DNA of 64,000 nt from a virus (IMGVR_UViG_2706795806_000001:1-64000), one strand, 5' to 3'; numbered from the stretch's first letter, positions 10,206 through 20,683 are shown. Made by a program: numbers and translations. Notes: generated by a model from the sequence alone, not told the origin.

Positions 10206-11170
10206 AAAAATTTGAGGATTTAAAAACTTGGAAAAAGAAAGCGTTGTATATGGCAACGTACAGAGGCTTATCAGGAGCTGAAATCGCTAGACAGTTAAAC
10301 ATACCAGAGCGTACTGTACAAGACAACCTGAAGCGTCTGAAGGGCATGTACGACATCAAGAAGGTTCAAGCCTTTAGTGATGCTGGAGGTTTTGCTAAAA
10401 AGACCAGTGCTAAGATTCTTTTCCATGATATCGAAACATCTTTGGCAGTGTCTTTCCACTTTGGTCAGTGGCAACAGAACTTGGGTATCAAACAGCAAGT
10501 ACATGAAAGTCACTTACTGTCACACTCTTGGGCTTGGAATGATGGAGAGGTTAAAGGCTCTATCTTGACTAAAGATGAGGTACTGGCACGAGATGATCAA
10601 CGTCTTGTATTAGAGATTTGGCAACTTCTTGATGAGTGTGATATTTATGTTGCACACAATGGTAAGAAGTTTGATGTACGAAAGATTAATGGTTTCTTCT
10701 TGAAACATGGTCTTCCACCTCCATCTCCATATAAAGTTGTAGATACTTTGTTGATCTCTCGACGTAAGTTTGGATTACCTTTCCATAACCTAGCTTACTT
10801 AGCTAAGTTCTTGGATGTCACTCGTAAGATTGATAACTCAGGAATTGACTTATGGATTGATTGTGCTTATGGTAAACAGGAAGCATTAGATGAGATGCTG
10901 GACTACAACTTAGGTGATATCGTAACTCTGCGTGAGATTTACTACCGCCTGATTATGTGGGACAACGAAGCTGTAAATATGGCTTTGTATGAGTCTGTCG
11001 AAGGTCTTGTGTGTCCTCACTGTGCCTCTACTGAGATTTCAAAACTTGGTGGGAAGTACGCTTTCACAGCACAAAGAAAATACCATGTGTACCGTTGTAC
11101 TTCATGTACAGCAACCCTACGAGGTGGTACTATGGATGGTGAAGATACTAAGTTATACCGAATCATCTAA
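10202..11170 (+). CDS. HTH + RNase H-like (DEDD) exonuclease with C-terminal Zn ribbon
   Basis: AEIARQLNIPERTV HTH; DIET, HNGKKFD, YNLGD; CPHC/CTSC; TTG start. Confidence 0.8.
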   Translation: MKKFEDLKTWKKKALYMATYRGLSGAEIARQLNIPERTVQDNLKRLKGMYDIKKVQAFSDAGGFAKKTSAKILFHDIETSLAVSFHFGQWQQNLGIKQQVHESHLLSHSWAWNDGEVKGSILTKDEVLARDDQRLVLEIWQLLDECDIYVAHNGKKFDVRKINGFFLKHGLPPPSPYKVVDTLLISRRKFGLPFHNLAYLAKFLDVTRKIDNSGIDLWIDCAYGKQEALDEMLDYNLGDIVTLREIYYRLIMWDNEAVNMALYESVEGLVCPHCASTEISKLGGKYAFTAQRKYHVYRCTSCTATLRGGTMDGEDTKLYRII

Positions 11171-11252
11171 GTGATGGTTTAGTATACAGAAACAAGTTGT
11201 AAAATTGGGAAGTTGTGTTATACTTCCCTCACTATTTAAAGAGGTGTTTATT

Positions 11253-11891
11253 ATGAAAATTGCTGAAGTTGTTGATGTAAAAGAATTTAATCGTTTTATG
11301 TCAGAAGAGTTTAAGACTGCTGTTGTAACTTTTAATGGTGCTTGTGGTAAGTCTCCAGAACATGTTGATGATGTATCAATTGCTGTTGATATGATTTTCA
11401 ATGAGTGTAAGCGTGTTATTGAAGAGTGTGATGAAACAATCAAAGCGTACAAAGAAACGGATCGTAAAGAACGTCTTGATGGTATTGTTGATATCTACTG
11501 GACTAACACACAGTTGACAAATCTTTTTGAAGTATTCTCTGCTAAGTTTGGATCAGAGCTTTCAAAAGAGATTGCACATCGAGCTTATGATGACCAACTA
11601 CAAATTGTACATGCTCGTGATTTAGTCCCACTTGCAATCCAACTTGGTACTGGTACAATCATTACTGGTAAGGCTATTGTAGCTTCAGCAATTCGAATCA
11701 TGAAGAACAATGAACAGAAGTACACAACTGATCTTGATAAAGCACTTGATTGGGCTGAACGTCTTGAAGAGGGTCAATCAATGATGGGTTACATCTTCAA
11801 TGGTGTTAAGTATTTCTGTTTGAAACGTGACTCTGACGACTACATTGTTAAGCCTTACGACTTCAAGGCTGTGAACTTGGAGGATATTTAA
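11253..11891 (+). CDS. All-alpha NTP pyrophosphohydrolase (MazG/PRA-PH-like)
   Basis: EECDE...ERLDGIVD motif; N..K and C-terminal KP. Confidence 0.65.
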   Translation: MKIAEVVDVKEFNRFMSEEFKTAVVTFNGACGKSPEHVDDVSIAVDMIFNECKRVIEECDETIKAYKETDRKERLDGIVDIYWTNTQLTNLFEVFSAKFGSELSKEIAHRAYDDQLQIVHARDLVPLAIQLGTGTIITGKAIVASAIRIMKNNEQKYTTDLDKALDWAERLEEGQSMMGYIFNGVKYFCLKRDSDDYIVKPYDFKAVNLEDI

Positions 11892-12265
11892 TGGGTGTAA
11901 AAGGTACAGATAAAATCTCAGCTCCTGACGTTTTCGTCAGTGAGTGTGAGTTAGCAGTTGGTGATCCAACTATCCAAGCGGTACTCAATAAAATGGGTAT
12001 TGAATATGTCTTATTTAATTTATGGGGTTTCGATAAAGATCATGTCTACGATTCCACTGGGAAGTTTTATGAAATTTCTGAATGTACTCACCGAACTCGT
12101 AGTGGTAAGGTTGTGACAGGCAAACGATTTACAGGTCGTGAGCGAATAGACGATGCTTGGATTGAAGAAGGGAATCCATCTGACAATGCTAAGGTTATTG
12201 CACGACAAGATATGTCATATATCCGTGAGATTTCCAACTTAGGCAGACAGATGAAGTCACTTTAA
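11891..12265 (+). CDS. Hypothetical phage protein
   Basis: Coupled ORF followed by terminator. Confidence 0.6.
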   Translation: MGVKGTDKISAPDVFVSECELAVGDPTIQAVLNKMGIEYVLFNLWGFDKDHVYDSTGKFYEISECTHRTRSGKVVTGKRFTGRERIDDAWIEEGNPSDNAKVIARQDMSYIREISNLGRQMKSL

Positions 12266-12269
12266 TTTT

Positions 12270-12294
12270 AATCCAGCTTCGGCTGGATTTTTTA
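12270..12294 (+). terminator. Intrinsic terminator
   Basis: AATCCAGC-TTCG-GCTGGATT plus T-tract. Confidence 0.8.
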
Positions 12295-12312
12295 GTTTAT
12301 AGGAGAAAAGAA

Positions 12313-15243
12313 TTGGCAGAAAAAGTGTATACATCAATTATGATGGAAGAGACAAACTCTTACGTCGAAAAGTTTCCAGAGTTTATTGAGGCTATCAAGT
12401 TTCAAAAAGAGGATTTATTTTGGACGCATGAAGAGATTAAGATTGAGAAAGATGAAGCAGACTTAAAAGAAAATATCCATGAGGCTGGTAAACATGGTTT
12501 AATGTTCAACCAACGACTTTTTACAAAGTATGAAGATGTCATCGGTAATGACTATTGGATTGGTGTTGTACATAAGAGATACAAAAACTCAGAGATTCGT
12601 CGTCTGGCTATTTGTTTTGCTGATGTAGAGAACAACATTCACTTCCCATTCTACCGTAAAGTAAATGAGGTTATGGGAACACATACAGACGAGTTCTATG
12701 ACGCATTTGAGACTGATCCTGTACTAATTGAACGTGTTAAGTTTATGGGTGATCTTGTAGGCTCTAAAGACACACTGGCATCAATGGGTGGATTTGCATT
12801 CATGGAAGGGGCTGTACTATTCACTGCTTTTGCTTTCATTAAATCTTTTGGTGTAAATGGTCAGACATTTATCCCTAACTTGATTGCTGGTATCAACATG
12901 TCAATCCTTGATGAAAACTTCCACATGCAAACAGCTTGTGAGATTTTCAAGAAGCAGTTGGAGTTAGAGGGTCGTAGTGATGCAGATTTACGAGAACTGA
13001 AGCGTAAGATTTTTGCACATGCTGAAAATGTAGTGGCACATGAAGATTTAATCGTAGATGCTATGTTGGCTAAAGGTGATGTACCTTATGCTTCTAAAGT
13101 GGAACTTAAAGCTTTTGCTAGACATCGTGTGAATAAAGTTCTTGTGAATCTTGGATTCCCTGAGTTAGCTACATTCGACGAGACTGGAGACACAATCTCT
13201 GAGTGGTTCTATAAATTCATGGAAGCATTTACTCACAATGATAACTTCTATGCTCGTGGTCGAAACTACAAGAAAGAGTTCTCAGCTATTGATTTTGATA
13301 TCTTCTCTGATAAAGAGTATGAGGATGTCTTAGCTATGATCCCTGACGAGTATCTGGATCAAATGGGTATTGACCTGAACAAGAGTTATGAAAAGAATCT
13401 TGATGAGGTATTGAAGGATGAAATCAAGGCTTCTCAAGGTAGCTTAGGTTTGACTTTGGAAGAGGAAGAGCAGAGAGTTGATCCTCTATATGTTCCTGAC
13501 TTCAGTAAAGAGCGTAAAGAGTTGCAAGAGAAAGGGTTAGCACCTGAATGGATGGCAACGGCTGGATGGCAGTTAATGAAGAAGAAATACTTGAATGCTG
13601 GATCAAAAACTCCATTTGACCAATATGATCGTATTGCTAAAACATTGGCTCAGTATGCACCAGATGTCTACCCTGATTGGTGGAATGAGATTGATTACTG
13701 GAAGGGATTAACTTGGGAACAAGCATTCTTTAAAGTAATGTGGGATGGCTTCTTGAGTCCTTCAACCCCTGTCTTGTCAAACACTGGTACGAATTTAGGT
13801 ATGTCTGTATCTTGTTCTGGTGGTGTAACAGAGGATAGTGTTGCTGGATTCTACGACCAACGTAAGATCAATGCCTTGCTAAGTAAAGAAGGTTTTGGAA
13901 CTACAATTGACCTCTCAGAAGTTCGTGGTCGTGGTATGCAGATGAAGGGTGGTATTGCAAATGGTGCGAAGCCTGTAGCTGAGATGTTTGTAGATGATGC
14001 CTTAAAGATTAGTCAAGGATCACAACGTCGAGGTGCTGGAGCTTGGTACTACCATGCAACTGGACAAGACTTCCATGAATTGATTCACTTCTTAGAGTAT
14101 GATACAGATGGAAATAATGGTGGTTGGAAGATTCCTAATGAGTTGATCAACCGAGCAATGTGTGGAGATATGGAAGCTGTTTTACGTCTTTGTAAGATTG
14201 TTACTACTCGTCACCACGTAGGTCTTGGTTACATGTTGTTTGAAGATAAGATTAATGTCTTACGTCCTCAAATGTATGTTGATCATGGCTTGATGGTTAA
14301 ATCTTCAAACTTGTGTACTGAGATTACATTATTCAGTGACAAAGACCACACATTTACTTGTGTACTTTCAAGTGAGAACTTGACACGATTTGATGAACGT
14401 CCTGAAATGCTTGCTTTCGTTGGTACTGTATTCCTTGACTGTGTTGCTGAAGACTTTATTCAGAAAGGTCGTAAGGTAGCAGGGCTAGAGAACGCTGTAC
14501 GCTTCACAGAGAAAGGAAGAGCGTTAGGGTATGGAACTATGGGCTTTGCATCTTATCTCATGGAGAAGGGCATTGAGTACGGTTCTATGGAGTCTATGTG
14601 GAGAAACGAGGAAATCTATAAAACGATTAACCGTGAATCTAAGGAAGCTTCTCGTTGGATGGCTGTTGTACTTGGTGAGCCAGAATGGTGTGTAGGTTAT
14701 GGAGTTCGTAACACACATACAATGGCAATTGCACCAACTAAGTCTACTGGGTTGTTAATGGGTGGAGATTCTGAAGGTATTAACGTACCGCCAGCATTTG
14801 TATTTGCTCAAGATACTCCAGCAGGGACTGTATATCGTATTGATCCAACATTCTTACGATTGTTGAAACGTAAAGGGTTATATGTCATTGGAGAGGATAA
14901 ACGAATCACAGATGAGACAGATGCGTTACTTAAACGTATTTCAGATCAACTTGGTAGTGTTCAGACTCTTACAGATGTATTGACCGATGAAGAACGTGCT
15001 GTGTTTAAAACAGCTTACGAGATCAACCAGTTCAAGCATATTGATCTGTGCGCTCAACGTCAGAAGTATATTGATCAGGCTCAGTCTATCAACGTATTTA
15101 TTGCGAACATGGAAGCTAAGGATATTATGCGTTTGTACTTGTACGCTATGCTAAATCCAATGATTCTTTCTTTGTATTACCACACTGGAATCCGTGATTC
15201 TCGTATTGGTGAAAACAAGAATGAGTGCGAATCTTGCATGTGA
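12313..15243 (+). CDS. nrdBA: Class I ribonucleotide reductase, beta (NrdB) and alpha (NrdA) subunits fused in one ORF
   Basis: N-terminal ferritin-like part (FW..EI, E74, E106/H110, Y114, E165, E201/H204); C-terminal alpha part (SPSTP, SC, NLCTE, APT, YY, CESC); no stop between; TTG start with AGGAG RBS. Confidence 0.9.
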   Translation: MAEKVYTSIMMEETNSYVEKFPEFIEAIKFQKEDLFWTHEEIKIEKDEADLKENIHEAGKHGLMFNQRLFTKYEDVIGNDYWIGVVHKRYKNSEIRRLAICFADVENNIHFPFYRKVNEVMGTHTDEFYDAFETDPVLIERVKFMGDLVGSKDTLASMGGFAFMEGAVLFTAFAFIKSFGVNGQTFIPNLIAGINMSILDENFHMQTACEIFKKQLELEGRSDADLRELKRKIFAHAENVVAHEDLIVDAMLAKGDVPYASKVELKAFARHRVNKVLVNLGFPELATFDETGDTISEWFYKFMEAFTHNDNFYARGRNYKKEFSAIDFDIFSDKEYEDVLAMIPDEYLDQMGIDLNKSYEKNLDEVLKDEIKASQGSLGLTLEEEEQRVDPLYVPDFSKERKELQEKGLAPEWMATAGWQLMKKKYLNAGSKTPFDQYDRIAKTLAQYAPDVYPDWWNEIDYWKGLTWEQAFFKVMWDGFLSPSTPVLSNTGTNLGMSVSCSGGVTEDSVAGFYDQRKINALLSKEGFGTTIDLSEVRGRGMQMKGGIANGAKPVAEMFVDDALKISQGSQRRGAGAWYYHATGQDFHELIHFLEYDTDGNNGGWKIPNELINRAMCGDMEAVLRLCKIVTTRHHVGLGYMLFEDKINVLRPQMYVDHGLMVKSSNLCTEITLFSDKDHTFTCVLSSENLTRFDERPEMLAFVGTVFLDCVAEDFIQKGRKVAGLENAVRFTEKGRALGYGTMGFASYLMEKGIEYGSMESMWRNEEIYKTINRESKEASRWMAVVLGEPEWCVGYGVRNTHTMAIAPTKSTGLLMGGDSEGINVPPAFVFAQDTPAGTVYRIDPTFLRLLKRKGLYVIGEDKRITDETDALLKRISDQLGSVQTLTDVLTDEERAVFKTAYEINQFKHIDLCAQRQKYIDQAQSINVFIANMEAKDIMRLYLYAMLNPMILSLYYHTGIRDSRIGENKNECESCM

Positions 15244-15294
15244 TTAATTAAATATTAAATTAATTGTTGACATTAGATTGATTTAATATAAACT

Positions 15295-15326
15295 AGGGAC
15301 ATATCCGAAAGGGTGTGTCCCTTTTC
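15295..15326 (+). terminator. Intrinsic terminator overlapping the start site of an upstream promoter
   Basis: AGGGACATATCC-GAAA-GGGTGTGTCCCT-TTT; TTGACA-17-TAAACT lies immediately upstream. Confidence 0.7.
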
Positions 15327-15345
15327 TGTTTTTGGAGAGTTTAAT

Positions 15346-16032
15346 ATGATTGACAATATCTACATTTTAAGAAAGGCTAACCGTAATCCGTGGCAGTTAA
15401 GTTCTTTTGACGGAGTTCCAGTAAAAGAAGGTTCAAAGATAAAAGTTTTAGAGTCTGTAGTATGTTACTTTGATCCTAGAATAACTGGTGTTGTTGAAAT
15501 TGAAGTTGATGGTGTAGCGTACAAGATTCCAGAAAATCACCCGATAAGTTGGGCATATTTCACAGATGATATGGTAGATTGTGTTGAAGAGTACGGTATT
15601 CAACGACTTGAGGATTTTAACTCTTCAGGAGTTGTAGGTGTAAGTATGTGTGAAACTGAATATTTAAATCAAGGTGAAAATGGAAAGCGTCTACAAGAAT
15701 CTGTAGATCGTATTCGAAAGAATGTTAGTCTTGTTGTGACTAAACCACTTGAAGATCGTTACAATGATTGGATTTTAGAAAACATTCATGTATACGAACT
15801 GTTTTGTAAGTTCACATTACAGGCTATTGAGTCTGGGAAGAAAAAGATTTCTCATTGGCTTATCGTAAACCGATTGCGTTGGGAAGTTGAGATTGAAACA
15901 AATGGCATGTGTGAAGAGGATAAGGATTATAAGATCAGTAATGATTACATTGCATTCCTTGCACGAGATTTCATTAAGGATTATCCTCAACACAGTGAAA
16001 TATTTAACTTGAAACAAATGAAGCGTGTGTAG
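15346..16032 (+). CDS. Hypothetical protein
   Basis: GGAG RBS, 228 aa. Confidence 0.6.
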   Translation: MIDNIYILRKANRNPWQLSSFDGVPVKEGSKIKVLESVVCYFDPRITGVVEIEVDGVAYKIPENHPISWAYFTDDMVDCVEEYGIQRLEDFNSSGVVGVSMCETEYLNQGENGKRLQESVDRIRKNVSLVVTKPLEDRYNDWILENIHVYELFCKFTLQAIESGKKKISHWLIVNRLRWEVEIETNGMCEEDKDYKISNDYIAFLARDFIKDYPQHSEIFNLKQMKRV

Positions 16033-16040
16033 GAGGTAGT

Positions 16041-17090
16041 ATGATTTTATTGGGAGTGCTGATACTTATTGTATTAGTCGTAGTTCTGTTCTTGTGGTGG
16101 GACAAGTTTAGTGGATTGGAATTAGCATTCCCTGTTGTAATCTCCACATTGATTTGTTGTGCAATCTTAATACCAACCAACATGGGAGCTAAAGATTCTC
16201 TTGGTGATGACAGGATGATCCTGAATGGGTATGTTGTTAAGAAGGAAAAGAGGTTGACATCTTGCAGTCATAGTTACACATGCAACTGTCGTACAACTAC
16301 TACAGGTAAGGTAACATCAACGACTTGTCAAACCTGTTATGAACACTCGCATGATTATGATTGGCTTGTGAGAAGTACGGTAGGTGGTGTCTATATTGAT
16401 CGTGTTGATAGACAAGGTGTTAAAGAGCCTAAACGGTTCACAGATGTTGTAGTTGGAGAGCCATTCTCAATAGAGAAGAGTTATTTCAATTATATAAAAG
16501 CTTCACCAATTAGTGTATTTAAAGATTATAACGCTTATAAGGATGTACCTATTCCTTCATATCCAAAAATCTTTGATTACTACAATGTAAAGCATGTGGT
16601 TTTCTGGAAGAGTCAGTATACTGAGGGTATAGAGGATATCAATAGTATGTTGACAGAGAAGCTAAAAGTTTCTTCTTCAAAAGCGAAAGCAAATGTTGTT
16701 GTTATTTTCTATGGTGGAAGTGATGACCTGATTGAAGCAACAAAGGTTAAGCAGTATGGTGGGCGAATAAATGACCTAACAGTTATGATTCGTGCTGAAA
16801 AAGATGGACAGATTAAGAAAGTAGGTGTATTCTCTTGGTCTAAGAACGATATGGTTAATGTGTTGTTGAGAGATGAGATTCTGAATTTAGGTACACTAAA
16901 TGAAGAAAACAATAAAAAACTTGTTGACATACTCAATACAACATTGGTAAAATACTACCAACACAGAGACAACGAAGAGTTTAAATACTTGGAGAGTAAC
17001 ATACAGTTGCCAACTTGGGTTTATGTAGTAGATGTCTTGGTTGTGTTATTAATCTTAGGTGCAAATATTTTTATTCGTAAAGAAATGTGA
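16041..17090 (+). CDS. Membrane protein with Cys-rich periplasmic segment
   Basis: Two N-terminal and one C-terminal TM segments; CSHSYTCNC...CQTCYEH. Confidence 0.7.
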   Translation: MILLGVLILIVLVVVLFLWWDKFSGLELAFPVVISTLICCAILIPTNMGAKDSLGDDRMILNGYVVKKEKRLTSCSHSYTCNCRTTTTGKVTSTTCQTCYEHSHDYDWLVRSTVGGVYIDRVDRQGVKEPKRFTDVVVGEPFSIEKSYFNYIKASPISVFKDYNAYKDVPIPSYPKIFDYYNVKHVVFWKSQYTEGIEDINSMLTEKLKVSSSKAKANVVVIFYGGSDDLIEATKVKQYGGRINDLTVMIRAEKDGQIKKVGVFSWSKNDMVNVLLRDEILNLGTLNEENNKKLVDILNTTLVKYYQHRDNEEFKYLESNIQLPTWVYVVDVLVVLLILGANIFIRKEM

Positions 17091-17098
17091 GGTAAATT

Positions 17099-17656
17099 AT
17101 GAACAAGTTGGTAGGTATTTTGGTAGCAGTTGTGATTGGTCTAGCTGTATTGTTTGGATCAACATATTTTAAGTATTATAATTTAGGTGTGACCTATGAG
17201 CGACAGGTAAAGACTGTACATGAGAATAACAAAGTAGTTCTCAACTCATACACAACTAAGGTACAGGAAGTGGCTCAAGTGCCAGCAATGTATAAGAATG
17301 ATCTTCAGGATGTAATTAAAGGTACTTTTGAAGGACGTTATGGTGATAAGGGATCACAAGCTGTATTCCAAATGATCCAAGAGCAAAATTTGAATCTTGA
17401 TCCTAAGATGTATCAGCAGATTCAACAGGTGATGGAGTCAGGACGTAATGAGTTTAAGACATCACAACAACAACTTGTTGATGTAACTCAGAATTATCAA
17501 GCTTCACTTGATTATGCTTGGTCTGGTTTCTGGTTAGGTGTTGCTGGTTATCCTAAGATTAATATGGCTGACTACAAAATCCTTGTGACAGATGATGTAG
17601 ACAACAAGTTTAAATCTGGTAAAGATGAAGTTATCCAACTTGGAGGATCAAAATGA
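17099..17656 (+). CDS. LemA-like membrane-anchored coiled-coil protein
   Basis: N-terminal TM, YN after TM, helical bundle, R..F...Q..L.D....Y pattern. Confidence 0.55.
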   Translation: MNKLVGILVAVVIGLAVLFGSTYFKYYNLGVTYERQVKTVHENNKVVLNSYTTKVQEVAQVPAMYKNDLQDVIKGTFEGRYGDKGSQAVFQMIQEQNLNLDPKMYQQIQQVMESGRNEFKTSQQQLVDVTQNYQASLDYAWSGFWLGVAGYPKINMADYKILVTDDVDNKFKSGKDEVIQLGGSK

Positions 17657-17838
17657 AAGGGTATTTAGCAGTAGGGTTTTTCTACTTGATGATGGTAATC
17701 ACTTGGATCAGTAACATTATTCAATTGGTATTCTTTACAGATGGTGGGTTTACAGTGTTGGTTGTATTGAAGATTATCGGTATCTTCCTTGCACCTCTTG
17801 GAATGTTCTTAGGTTTCTTAGGTTTCTTCGGAATTTAA
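17653..17838 (+). CDS. Small membrane protein
   Basis: Two hydrophobic segments. Confidence 0.6.
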   Translation: MKGYLAVGFFYLMMVITWISNIIQLVFFTDGGFTVLVVLKIIGIFLAPLGMFLGFLGFFGI

Positions 17839-17840
17839 AC

Positions 17841-17895
17841 AAAAGGCAATTATCTTTAATTAGGTAGTTGCCTTTTTTATTGTCTATGATATACT
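17841..17895 (+). promoter_or_regulatory. Fused terminator-promoter
   Basis: AAGGCAATTATCT/AGGTAGTTGCCTT stem plus T-tract; TTGCCT-16-TATACT. Confidence 0.65.
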
Positions 17896-17921
17896 CTAAT
17901 CTATCGAAATAGGAGGTAGTT

Positions 17922-19368
17922 ATGGAACACAGAATGATTGGAGGGTTGTCAGCTAATGTCATTATTATTGATGAATTGTTTCACAATGATAATAACTTTG
18001 ATGGAGTCCCTAAAGTAGAAAACTTCAGGAATCTGGAAATGGCAAAGTATAAGTCTGAACGAAAGCAGAACAATGATTGGCGTAGAAGAAATAAACACTT
18101 TCAAGGTTTGTTTGAAACAGGAGTGTAGTATGGATTTGGTTTTCATGTTTTTATGGATTTTTCCTTATATCTTGTTGGTTAGACTTACAACAAAAGATAC
18201 TTTGGGATTTTTAACATTAGTCCTGTTGGGATTGATTACTTGGGCTTTATGCCTGTCAGAATTTTTGAAGGTGTCATGATGAAGTTTAAGGTAAATTATT
18301 CACTTATCTCTTGGGCTAGTACAGGTGGTAAAGTCTCAAGGACTAAAAAGATTATCAATGCTGAAAATGCTGAAGAGGCTAAACTCAAGGTGTTGAAAGC
18401 TACAGGTAATAAAGCATTTAATTTTGTTGTTCAGACAATATTGGAGGAATGAAATGTCTAAAGGTAATCGCATTAAGAAGCAACGTAAGGCTCGTACAGA
18501 GCTTTTATCTCAGAAAGGTACAATCACACCAATTGAGTTGAAAAACACGAAGGATCACCATTCCTATTGGATTTGTGGGTACTATTGGAATCATGATGTA
18601 ATTCTTGTAGAACCTTTCTGTGCTGTCAAGAGATTCCACACTTGGGAGATAACAAACCTCAGTGCAAATGAATTTGAGTTCCATCAAGCCTGTCAGTTGT
18701 TGGAAGGTAATGGAACGATGTTAATATTCGAAGATCGTGTAATGGCTTTAGATGCTTGTGAAGCTATTGAAAATCAAAACATACTATTAGAGAGCTTTGC
18801 ATCATATATGAATGAGGAGCAACTAATTGAGTATTTAAATGGTAAGGAGATGAAATGAGAGAGCAAGAGTTAGAGAAGCGTGTACTGAAAGGTGAAAAAG
18901 TTCCTGTACTAATGAAGGGTGTTATACACTATGCTTGGTACATGCCGAAAGAAGATTTTGGGTTCAAGCATACTTTAACGTACAGCCCTATGGTGACAAA
19001 CAGGATATGCAGATCGTTTAATGATTTACTGTATCGAATGTCAGAGGTTGATCCTAATTGGGTTATAACAGAGGTTAAGGAGGAAGAGATTGATGAGTGA
19101 TATTAATTTAAGAGCAACGATACGAATCTTAGGGTTCAAGTCAGATAAGCGTACAAAGGCTGAAATGTTTAAAGATGTAAATGTTGGAGATATTATCTCT
19201 ATGGTAGTTACACTTCAAAGAACTACAGGTCGTCGTGGCACTTATGCAACATACATAAATTGTTTAAATCGTCGTACAGATGCTTTGACTTTGAAAAGCC
19301 AAACAGATATAATGAACATATTAGAGAAATATTTCATATATGAACAAGGAGATTTTTATGTTGTTTAA
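17922..19368 (+). other. Cluster of six small hypothetical genes
   Basis: Tightly packed ORFs with RBSs (17922, 18130, 18276, 18454, 18855, 19090). Confidence 0.5.
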
Positions 19369-20368
19369 CTTTCAAGAGAATCAATATTTAGATGTGTTGA
19401 AGAAACTTGACTACCAGATTGAATTAAATAAGATTCGTGGTGGGACTGGGTATGATGTCGATGATCGTACTGGTGTAGGTACTCAAAACACTTTTGGAGT
19501 TCAGATGAGATTTGACCTTCGTTATGGTTTTCCTTTGTTTACACACAAGCAAGTGTTTATGCGAGGAATCTTTGAGGAGTTGATGTGGTTCTTACGTGGT
19601 GAGACAAACATTAAAACTCTTGTTGAGAAGAATGTGAAAATTTGGAATGAGTGGCGTTACAAGGCATATATCAATGAAACATTCAAAGAGCCGATTTCAA
19701 AGGGTCATTGTTGTGCATTCCCTACAATGGAACACTTCATTGAAAAGATTAAGACAGATGAAGAGTTTGCTGAAAAGTGGGGTAGTATTGGTAAGGGTTA
19801 TGGCTATCAGTGGCGTAAGTTTGGTGAAGTTGTAAACTATAAAGATTATGGCATTGCTAATCCTTTCCTCCCTGAAGGTCATAAAATTGTTACTGGGTTT
19901 GATCAGATTGAGTGGGTTATTAATGAGATTAAAACAAACCCAACATCACGAAGATTAATTGTATCAGGTTGGAATCCTCATGATGTTGCAGATGTAGATT
20001 TACCACCTTGCCATACACTATTTCAATTCTTTGTGAAAGATGGTAAATTATCTTGCCAGTTGTATCAACGAAGTGCTGACTTATTACTTGGTGTTCCATT
20101 TAATATTGCATCTTATGCTTTACTTACACACTTAGTTGCATTAGAATGTGGGCTTAATGTTGGTGAGTTTGTTTGGGTTGGTGGTGATTGCCACATTTAC
20201 TCAAATCAAGAGCATGGACTGAAAGAGATTGTGAATAACCGTATTGCTTTTGAAGCACCAAGCATCAAGATTAACAAGCGTGATAGTATTTATGACTATA
20301 CGTGGGAAGACATCGAGATTGTTGGCTATAAGCATCAAGGTAAAGTAGAGATGCCAGTTGCCGTTTAG
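19358..20368 (+). CDS. thyA: Thymidylate synthase
   Basis: DRTGVGT, SRR, LPPCH, YQRSADLLLGVPFNIASY, HIY. Confidence 0.96.
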   Translation: MLFNFQENQYLDVLKKLDYQIELNKIRGGTGYDVDDRTGVGTQNTFGVQMRFDLRYGFPLFTHKQVFMRGIFEELMWFLRGETNIKTLVEKNVKIWNEWRYKAYINETFKEPISKGHCCAFPTMEHFIEKIKTDEEFAEKWGSIGKGYGYQWRKFGEVVNYKDYGIANPFLPEGHKIVTGFDQIEWVINEIKTNPTSRRLIVSGWNPHDVADVDLPPCHTLFQFFVKDGKLSCQLYQRSADLLLGVPFNIASYALLTHLVALECGLNVGEFVWVGGDCHIYSNQEHGLKEIVNNRIAFEAPSIKINKRDSIYDYTWEDIEIVGYKHQGKVEMPVAV

Positions 20369-20389
20369 GTAGCTGGTTCTGGAGGTAGA

Positions 20390-20683
20390 ATGAAAACTTT
20401 TGTTGAGAAATACACGCTGATTGCACAAATTAAAGATGCTATGCAATGGTATGAAGCTTTACTGAAAAAGGCTGAGAGTGAACTAAAGTGGTATCACACA
20501 TGGTTTGCTCCATTCAGTAAGAAAATGAATGCTTGTAACAGAGCAGAGTGGAGAATTTCTATTCTCGAAACTCTTCTACAACAAGCTGGGTTGACTGCAA
20601 TGCCAACTGTGAAATTAGATTGGTATGAAACTGATTTAATTTACAACCTAAAACCTTATGACAAATTCTTGGAGGAATCTTAA
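20390..20683 (+). CDS. Hypothetical protein
   Basis: GGAGG RBS. Confidence 0.55.
   Translation: MKTFVEKYTLIAQIKDAMQWYEALLKKAESELKWYHTWFAPFSKKMNACNRAEWRISILETLLQQAGLTAMPTVKLDWYETDLIYNLKPYDKFLEES

Noticed and set aside
3013-15243. Inteins or introns in polymerase, helicase or RNR
   Set aside because: Reading frames are continuous, domain sizes are normal, and no intein termini or homing domains are seen
19358-20368. Hypermodified-base pathway (dU/hmU/hmC synthase)
   Set aside because: Canonical ThyA motifs (PCH, PFN) with adjacent DHFR indicate ordinary dTMP synthesis; no glycosyltransferase or deazaguanine genes are seen
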